Source: Octopus vulgaris | Lineage: Eukaryota | NCBI GenBank assembly: GCA_951406725.2 | Contig: OX597818.1 | Location: 116,870,001-116,934,000, forward strand | DNA: 64,000 nt | Direction of reading: 5' to 3' | In this document: piece by piece, positions 54,794-64,000 of the stretch | Layout: each line of letters opens with the position of its first letter | Position numbering within the stretch: the first letter of the stretch is position 1 | Made by a program: the position numbers and the translations under genes | Notes under the pieces: generated by a model | Seen by the model: only the letters and a program-made list of their open reading frames with translations | Database searches by the model: none | Told to the model about the DNA's origin: nothing

Positions 54794-55324
54794 GACGAGT
54801 TTCTTCCAGTTTCCGTCTACCACATCCACTCACAAGGTATTGGTTGGCCTGAGGCTATAGTAGAAAATACTTGCACTAGGTGTCACATATTGGGACTGAA
54901 CCCAGAATCATGTCGTTGAGAAGTAAGCTTCTTACCTCACAGCCACGCCTACACCTATATGAATTTTTTATGAATTTGCACTTCATTCTGCGACTCTGTA
55001 TCAATATCTTTCTATTGATGCCTGTGTATGCCCGTGGCGTCCCTTGTTAGCGTTAGCTTTTTCTTATATACGAGGTGGTATATATGTATGAGTGTATGTA
55101 GTCAGTGAATATGTGTATGTATGTATGAAAGCATTATATGTATGTATACATGTATGCATATACACACATTTATATCAACCTCCTACACACGGATATGTCT
55201 CCAACAATAATGACACTTTGTTACATTGGGCTAAGGTGCCACATATATGAGTAAAAGACTTCACTAGGTGGTGCTATTGAGTTAGACATGGTCTGAGCCT
55301 ATACTGGCCGAAACCTATCAAAGC

Positions 55325-55413
<89 letters not shown>

Positions 55414-55549
55414 TATTATTATTGAGGGAATAACATCCAAACTTACAAGGAAAAAGAATTCAATTTAGAAATACTAAGTCAAATTCCACACAATATAATA
55501 TATATAAAATATTAGAAAAAACCCGCACCATTTACCAAAATATTTATAC

Positions 55550-55585
<36 letters not shown>

Positions 55586-55649
55586 GGAAACAAAGATAGA
55601 TAGCTATATGCATATATGTCTGCATATATATGTATGTATGTATGTATGT

Positions 55650-55705
<56 letters not shown>

Positions 55706-55889
55706 GTAGAAAGACAGAGAGAGAGAGAGATTTAAAGAGGGAGAGAGAATGAGAGAGTCATGAAGATGACGCAAACCAAAATGTATGCGTTCTGATTGCT
55801 CAAAGCCTTATGTCGACCAAAGCCTTATGTATGACAATTTTTTACAACTGAATTGCTTATAAGAAATGATCAGTAAATTAATAAAAATT

Positions 55890-56468
55890 CCTTTCTAGTA
55901 TAGACACAAGGCCTGGGGTTTAGGGAAGGGGGATAATCGATTACATCAACCCCAGTGCGTAACTGATATTTAATTTATCGACCCTGAAAGAATGAAATGC
56001 AAAGTCGACCTCGGCGGAATTTGAACTCAGAACGTAGCAGCAGACGAAATACCTATTTCTTTACTACCCACAAGGGGATAAACACACAGAGGACAAAAAA
56101 GGACAAACAAACGGATTAAGTCGATTATATCGAACCCAGTGCGTAACTGGTACTTATTTAATTGATCCCGAAAGGATGAAAGGCAAAGTCGACCTCGGCG
56201 GAATTTGAACTCAGAACGTAGCGGCAGACGAAATACCTATTTCTTTACTACCCACAAGGGGATAAACACACAGAGGACAAACAAGGACAGACAAACGGAT
56301 TAAGTCGATTATATCGACCCCAGTGCGTAACTGGTACTTATTTAATTGATCCCGAAAGGATGAAAGGCAAAGTCGACCTCGGCGGAATTTGAACTCAGAA
56401 CGTAACGGCAGACGAGATACTGATAAGCATTTCAAACGGCGTGCTAACGATTCTGCCAGCTCGCCGCC
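55890..56468 (-). mobile_element. SINE family A trimer, period about 182 bp
   Basis: Head at 56468 followed by three tandem cores. Confidence 0.93.
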
Positions 56469-56630
56469 TCACAGTTTCCGTCTACCAAATCCACTCGCAA
56501 GGGTTTGGTCGGCCCAACGCTACAGTAGAAGACATTTGCGCAAGACGCCACGCAGTGGGACTGAACCCGTAATCTTGTGGTTGAGAAGCATGCGTCTTAC
56601 CACACAGACACATTTACACCTCTGCACACA

Positions 56631-56671
<41 letters not shown>

Positions 56672-57055
56672 ACATACACATAAACACACACACACTCATA
56701 CACACACACACACACATATATTTCAGTCCCTTTTTGCGCATATAATCTACTTTCGTGATCTCAAATTGAAGCTAATATCTACTCCCTGTAAATCCGTTGT
56801 ATTATGATAGGTGCCTACAAGCCATTAAATTAAGACATAATAGATAAATAGAAAAATATTGGAGAACTAGACGAATATACGTTCGTAAAATTTAGCTCCT
56901 ATTTAATTGAACATATAAAAAATTTCATCAGATTTTATCACACTTGACAGTATGTATAAATATCATTTTACAAAATAAAGAGTAAACTTCCTAACAAAAT
57001 ATAAAGGCGTATGCGAGTTTTGTGTGAGTGGCGCCTTGGAAGAATATAGAAATAC

Positions 57056-57104
<49 letters not shown>

Positions 57105-57334
57105 TACATATATATGATAGTGCTTGTAAATGAAATAGTAATATTGTAATCGATACGTAATATAGATTATCAGCCTATGTTGACTTATATTAGAGATGGA
57201 GCCGCCATTCGTTATCCAGTCTTTGCTAATCGCAAGCAGAATGAATAAACGTACAGCGTGAAACTGGAGTAGCTTGCAAATATATGTATGGGCACACAGA
57301 TATACGACAGATACAGATAGACACATACTCGCAC

Positions 57335-57800
57335 TTACATACATACATACATACATACAAACATGCATGCATACAAACATACATACATACGTATATACAT
57401 ATATACATGCATACGTACGTACGTACGTACGTACGTACATACATACATACATACATACATACATACATACATACGTACAAACATGCATACATACGTACAT
57501 ACATGCATACATGCATACATACGTACGTACGTACATACGTATGTACATACATACATACATACATACATACATACATACGTACATGCATACATACGTACGT
57601 ACATGCATACATACGTACGAACATACATACATACATACATACGTATGTACATACATACATACATATATGTGTGTGTGTGTTTGTGTGTATACGCATCTCT
57701 CTCTATATATATATGTATGCATGTGTTTATGTATGTATGTATGTATGTATGTATGTATGTATGTATGTATGTATGTATGTATGTATGTATGTATGTATGT
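57335..57800. repeat. Compound (TACA)n/(TACG)n/(TATG)n microsatellite
   Basis: Directly visible. It is the source of the long low-complexity ORFs at 57-58 kb. Confidence 0.97.
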
Positions 57801-57859
57801 ATCCTGTTTGTACATCATCGGACGGTGGTTATGCTAAGTCACCGTTTTGAAAGGTTTAA

Positions 57860-58205
57860 TCAAATAGATCAATCCCAGTTCTAATTTTTTTTAGTATTTC
57901 TTGAAGGACGTACCCCATCGGGCTCGCTTTGTCGATCCAGCACCTGTTGTAATGTGCGGGTGAGGCACACACACGCACACACACACACACACACACACTC
58001 ACACACACACACACACACACAAACACACACATATATATATATATACGACGAACTTCTACTTTCCGTCTACCAAATCCACGCACAAGGCTTTGGTTGGCCC
58101 GGGGCTATAGTAGAAGACACTTGTCCAAGGTGCCACGCAGTGGGACTGAACCCGGAACCATATCCTTGGTAAGCACGCTAATTACTACACGGCCACTCCT
58201 ACGCT
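57860..58205 (-). mobile_element. SINE family B, diverged
   Basis: Reverse complement of the family B head and body. Confidence 0.8.
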
Positions 58206-59035
58206 TAATTATGTCTGCCCCAGGTGATATAGATAGATATAGATTTATATGAAGCACAATTTATTCGTGATCAGAAGCGTTCGTAAACCGAGGTAGTACT
58301 GTATTAAATGATTACGAGAAAAACAGGAGATAAAGTATGAAAACTGAGGTTCTACTGTATTGATTTCAATTCATTTGATAAATTCATATTTATTTTGAGA
58401 CAAAGGGACAATTCATTCTCAGAAAACAGGAACTTTGTATTGAATATTCTTTGAATTGTTTACTTGCTTTATATCATATTTTTCATATTCTACCAAGGTG
58501 GACTTTGCCTTCCTCCCTTTCGGAATCGATACAATAAGTACCAGTTGAATACTCCCCGAAATTCTGAGCCTTGTGTCAAAGTTTGAAATGAAGGGGAGTT
58601 TTAGATGTCATTTAAATTGTCTATTCTACGATTCGCGAGACGAACAAAGATTGCGTCACATAAGACTTGAGAGTTATTTATGAGCGTGTGCGAGTATATA
58701 AGTGTGTGTTTGTATGCATGAAAGTGTGTGTGTTTGTGTACTCTGTTTATTTCCACCTTACCTATAATCGTATTGTCGTCTGACTGGTCAAACTAAGCTA
58801 TCTGTCTCTATAAATGAATTATTACTCCTTGTAAAGGTTTTGCAACCATCATATTTGTTTAATTTCCTGTCCAATATTCTTTGTGTCCTGATAAACTATT
58901 ATTCATTTCAAATTTACTGCTATTATTGGTATTTCCCACACCCTCATTACATTTTCTTTGATCTTATATTCCGACACATCTCTAAACGGTTACCGCCGAA
59001 TTGGAAGTGTTTCTTCAATATGTTTCTTACCTTAA

Positions 59036-59465
59036 GGCGGCGAAATGCTTAACGGTATTTCGTCTGCGTTACGGCGAGCTGGCAGAAACCTTAGCACGCC
59101 GGGCGAAATGCTTAGCGGTATTTCATCTGCGTTACGTTGTGAGTTCAAATTCCGCCGAGGTCGACATTGCCTTTCATCCTTTCGGGGTCGATAAATTAAG
59201 TAGCAGTTACGAACTGGGGTCGATGTAATCGACTTAATACCTATGTCTGTCCTTGTTTGTTCCCTCTATGTTTAGCCCCTTGTGGGTAATAAAGAAATAG
59301 GTATTTCTTCTGTCTTTATGTTCTGAGTTCAAATTCCTCCGTGGTCGACTTTGCCTTTCATCTATTCGGGGTCGATAACTTAAGGACCAGTTGCGCACTG
59401 GAGTCGAAGTTATCGACTGGGCCCCTCACCTAAAATTTAGGTCCTTGTGCCTAGAGCAGAAATGA
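59036..59465 (+). mobile_element. SINE family A dimer
   Basis: Head at 59073 preceded by a short duplicated piece, then two cores. Confidence 0.9.
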
Positions 59466-59640
59466 ATATATTACTTACCCTTCCTTCTCTTCTTGTCCTC
59501 TTTCAATTATAGGAGCCTTATATTATTATTGCTTGCATTGTACCAACTCTACTCTTATCAAGTATAAGATCGCTAATAAAATATATATTGAGTTTACACA
59601 CATAATTCATAGGGTACGTATTTTAGTGTATGTATGTATG

Positions 59641-59685
<45 letters not shown>

Positions 59686-59753
59686 GCAAATTTGTATGTT
59701 TTATGAATGTATTCTCATGCATAGAGTTACATATCTAGGTATGCTCATATATA

Positions 59754-60113
59754 CAGGGTGATTCAAAAGTCGCCATACATAAGAACAATTTATATTTTTT
59801 ATAAGAAACAGTTGATAAGAACAGTTTTTGTTTTATTTAACAGTCTCTATTTATGGTTACCATTGTATTGAATACACATTGCAATACGTTTACCCAACTC
59901 ATTGTGAACTTGTAATAGCAAATCTGGTGATACGTAAGCAAATGAGTTGGTGATTCGTTCCTTCAAATGATTTATGTCTTTTATCTTTCCGCGATACACC
60001 ATGCCTTTCAAGTGCCCCCAAAGATAGAAATCAAGAGGGGTCAGATCAGGGAATCTAGGGGATCTTATAACTGTTTCTTATAAAGATATAAATTTTACCT
60101 CTGTATGGAGACT
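59754..60113 (-). mobile_element. Internally deleted Tc1/mariner-superfamily element retaining the transposase C-terminus
   Basis: Terminus TA|cagggtgattcaaaag, with a partial inverted counterpart at 60069-60113. The minus strand reads PRFPDLTPLDFYLWGHLKGMVY...HLKERI...RIAMCIQYNGNH. Confidence 0.85.
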
Positions 60114-60285
60114 ATCCTTTCTGGTTTTAAGAAGCCTAATTTCTCAAGATTGGTATTTAGGCAGTGTGTTACATATCCCAGCGCCCCAATATTTGCAGGT
60201 ATAAATCTGAACTTGTTATCTGGATAGAGTAACTGCAAATTTCTATCTATCTATACGTCTATCTGTCTGTCTCTCTGTCTGTCTG

Positions 60286-60338
<53 letters not shown>

Positions 60339-60385
60339 GTCTATCTGTCTATCTATCCATCTATCTATCAATCAATGAATTAATA

Positions 60386-60458
<73 letters not shown>

Positions 60459-60507
60459 GTGTATCTCTCTGTCTATCTATCTATTTATCTATCTGTTTGT
60501 CTGTCTG

Positions 60508-60590
<83 letters not shown>

Positions 60591-61864
60591 GTGTGTGTGT
60601 CTGTCTGTCTATTTATCTATCTATCTCGTTCTCTCTCTCTCTTTCCCTATATGTGTGTGTGTGTAAAATTTTTATAAACATATACATATATAAAACCCAT
60701 ATATAGTGTGTATATTTGTATGTCTTTGAAATGATACTGTATATATATATAACTCTTTACTTATTTCAATTACCAGTATCTCTTCATTTGTGAATATCCT
60801 AACACGAACTCAGCAAATGTTAAATGGCTTTCTTTTCTTTTTCTTGTTAATCTTTGACATATAATCACAATATAAGGAAATCACGATTTCATTACAATGA
60901 TATTATGAAGTAATTAATATATCTCGTCCACGTGTTTCATGCCAAATAAAACTATACATTTTCCCATATCTGAAGAGATACATTACATGTAACTAGCAAA
61001 CGAGGCTTGTCACCGCCTTCTTGTTGTGACTTCCGTGTGACGTTATCTGGTTATATATCTTGACATTGTAAATAATACCCGAGACTAGAAGACTGCATAG
61101 ACGTGGCATTGAGGACTTCATGATAAACATAATTAAGTTAAAGAATGTGTGAGCCAACCTGTGACATTGTTATTTGGAGCTGTTTTAAATTGTTGCAAAA
61201 TAGCTCTCAGATAACACATTATCATCCCTTTTATCGATATATTAGAAAGTACGTTCTTGACAGAAAATATTAAGATCCCTCCCCCACAAAAAAATATGAA
61301 GGGGCAAGCCGAACGGTTGTGATGGAACGAAACGCATGTCTCCGTAGCTCTGCTCTTTACCTGTGACGCAACACACTATCTTTACCAATGCAACCACCAC
61401 CTCCACCGCCACCACCACCACTGCCACAACCGCCAACACCACTACCGCCGCCGCCGCCGCCGCCACCACCACCACCCCTGCGGTCGGCGCCGCCGCCACT
61501 GTCAATAGAATGATAGGCGAAACGGTGATTTGGTTTTCAATGCACGACTATATGTATGGCCATAGTTGATCGAATTACAGAATTTTATTTACGCATGTTA
61601 AATAAAATACGAGACCAACCTACATCATGTAAACGAAAACTACAAAACAACAAAAAAATCCTGCTTTGATTTTTGTACGAGCAATGGTGACATAAAATAT
61701 TACAGTGCCATTACTCTCCTTTAATTTGAATTGAAATATAATTGATAAGAAATAGAACTTTTTACAACAAAGCCTTATTCATTCTTATCATTCGTATGAG
61801 CATCGGACAAAAATTTAATAATGGTATGTACCACTGTGGTGGTGGTGTTGGTAGGAATTTTTAA

Positions 61865-62173
61865 CCCCTTACCCGGCAGAAACGAATATATGCGTTTTGA
61901 CCGAAATCGTTTTTTTTCTATCTCTGGCGAGGTAACTCGTCAAAAGATAGACTCGCCAAAATCGACAGCAAACGAGTCCCTTCGTCTAAAAACGGGTTAA
62001 CTCGTTTCTGCCCAAAGCGGTAATTAAAAATCAATATTATTGAATTAAAATTCATAATAAATAAGGTTTGAAATATACCTCGAAATCACCATTAAAAACA
62101 TAGTAAAATAAAACAATTAAAAAATATGTCTGAAAAAATACATTTATTTTCAAAATAATTGTTGGGTAAGGGG
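61865..62173. mobile_element. piggyBac-like MITE
   Basis: TTAA|ccccttaccc ... gggtaagggg|ttttaa terminal inverted repeats with a non-coding interior. Confidence 0.55.
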
Positions 62174-63110
62174 TTTTAATGTTGTAATGTGGGTGAATTT
62201 CGGTTATCTACCGTTATATTTATCTATGCAAAAAATGGATTTATACTGCTTCATGCTAGCATATAACATAGTGTAAGAACATAATCAAAATTGGTGAAAC
62301 AGTGTTCGTATGTTGAGATTTGCTTTGAATGAATGTAAATGCAGCTTCGAAATCACTTCTGAGGTGTAGCTTATCTTGGGCAAGTATCTTTTTGCTTACA
62401 CTTTGAGTTGACTGATATCGTGTGTGAGAATAGGCGGGTGAAATCTCTGTGGTAGTTTGTTAATGGGATCACTTATGGTTGTGAGCGGCCGCGTTACTTT
62501 CTGTGTGTGTGTGTCTGTCTATTTGCGTGTTTGTGTGTGTTTATTTGCGTGCTTGTGTGTGTGTATATATATATGTGTGTGTGTATGTATGTGTGTAAGG
62601 TTTATTATGTCATTCGATTTAGCACCACAATCTGGCACTTGGGGCCTTATACCTAGCATTGAGGTCAGATCTCTGATCGAAGGATAACTGCCATCCTTTA
62701 TGTTTTCAACCTTTGGCGACCATTAAAAATATTTTGGATCTCAATCCTTAATCTAACCCTAATCCACAAAAAGAAATAAAATACAAATCTATGAATGACT
62801 CTAAATTATTAGGTGGTCTTGTGTTCCATACTTCCACTATAAATGGTGTGTAAAGATGTATAAACTCTGCAATACTTCATTTCTTTGATGATGTTACCAA
62901 GAACTCGGTTTGATCCACCAGGAATTAAAGAATTCTTCAATTACTTCCCGAAATTGGTATGCTATTGCTGCATTAATTATCGATATTGTGGTTGTTGATG
63001 CTGTTGTTGTATAACATCCAAATCGTTTTGGATTAACCATACATAAAATTATATTACAGTTCTATACTTAAGAGATGAGGAATTATGTATATTATCTACA
63101 TTGTTTGCAT

Positions 63111-63153
63111 CCCCAAGATTCAGAGTTCGATTCCAGGCAGTGAACTGAAAAAT

Positions 63154-63221
<68 letters not shown>

Positions 63222-63241
63222 TAATAATAACAATAATAATG

Positions 63242-63275
<34 letters not shown>

Positions 63276-63295
63276 TAATAATAATAATAATAATG

Positions 63296-63364
<69 letters not shown>

Positions 63365-63565
63365 GCAGCAGCAGCAGAAAAAAGAAGAGAGCCATTGTTA
63401 TCAGTTGAACGATATTTCGGCATCTAGGGTGTCTTCCACAGGTTCAAAAAATAAACTTGTCAATCTACTTTATTTTTGGTAATATTTTATAGGATTGAGG
63501 TAATTAGATACCGAAATATCGTTCTCTTGATAACAATGGCACTCTTCTTAACAATAATAATAATA

Positions 63566-63597
<32 letters not shown>

Positions 63598-63680
63598 AAT
63601 AACAACTACAACATCCAAGACACCTGATGAAGGCTGGATGTGTATATGAGCCGAAACGTTGTGTTAACAACAAACAGGAA
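63111..63680 (+). mobile_element. tRNA-headed HHR element, interrupted and with expanded (AAT)n
   Basis: B box gagttcgattcc at 63123-63134, (AAT)n, then an HHR tail homologous to 45727-45968. Confidence 0.65.
63619..63665 (+). ncRNA. Minimal type I hammerhead ribozyme
   Basis: GACAC-CTGATGA-a-GGCT-13 nt loop-AGCC-GAAA-cg-TT-GTGTT. Stem I is 5 bp, stem II is 4 bp, stem III is palindromic (ACGT) and the triplet is GUU. Confidence 0.85.
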
Positions 63681-64000
63681 TGTATAAAATCATATGTATT
63701 TCAACGATGAACCCTCCACATTTTCTTTCATACATTGTGTACACCTGACTATATACTACGTTACTTTTTGTTAGTTTTTAACGGGATGGAGTAGCTTCGC
63801 GGTGATTTCCTTGCTATTTTGTGTGCCTACAGAGAAACACATTATATGGCAGACAATAAACACTTGCATATACCCTGTATGCTATTGATTCATTTGGTTT
63901 TAAAAATCAATTGTCGATAATATTTCTCCTTTAACTTCATGTCTCTGATACTCTTAGAAGTAGTAAAAATACACGATATACATGAATGTTTGGCAGGTAA

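Noticed and set aside
55270-55325. gcctatactggccGAAAcc, resembling the 3' half of an HHR
   Set aside because: There is no CTGANGA core at the right spacing, so it is too degenerate to call.
56991-57884. Long ORFs (up to 275 aa) of YIHT/MYVC repeats
   Set aside because: They are translations of stop-free tetranucleotide microsatellites. The same applies to the poly-I/N/L/T and HT/CV ORFs throughout the window.

Overview
AT-rich, repeat-dense eukaryotic DNA with no recognisable host protein-coding exon; it is probably intergenic or part of a large intron. The tRNA-derived SINE families and the density of (TA)n, (TATC)n, (CA)n and (AAT)n microsatellites suggest an octopus or other coleoid genome (inference). 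Recognisable transposon relics are a 5'-truncated CR1/L2-type LINE (24.8-27.6 kb, minus), RTE LINE fragments, mariner/Tc1, hAT and Helitron pieces, and many SINE copies. Almost all ORFs in the supplied track are microsatellite or SINE noise. The main signal is a set of non-coding elements carrying type I hammerhead ribozyme (HHR) folds. These are a tandem array of about 485-bp units with one complete HHR per unit (37.8-39.4 kb), a second array with a 497-bp period and an inverted arm (53.6-54.7 kb), a tRNA-headed SINE-like element ending in a minimal HHR, and several minimal or degenerate HHRs. Several share motifs, abut (TA)n tracts and have fold-back ends, which suggests a retrozyme-like system dependent on Penelope-like elements (PLEs). 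All ribozyme calls were folded by eye and activity is untested.
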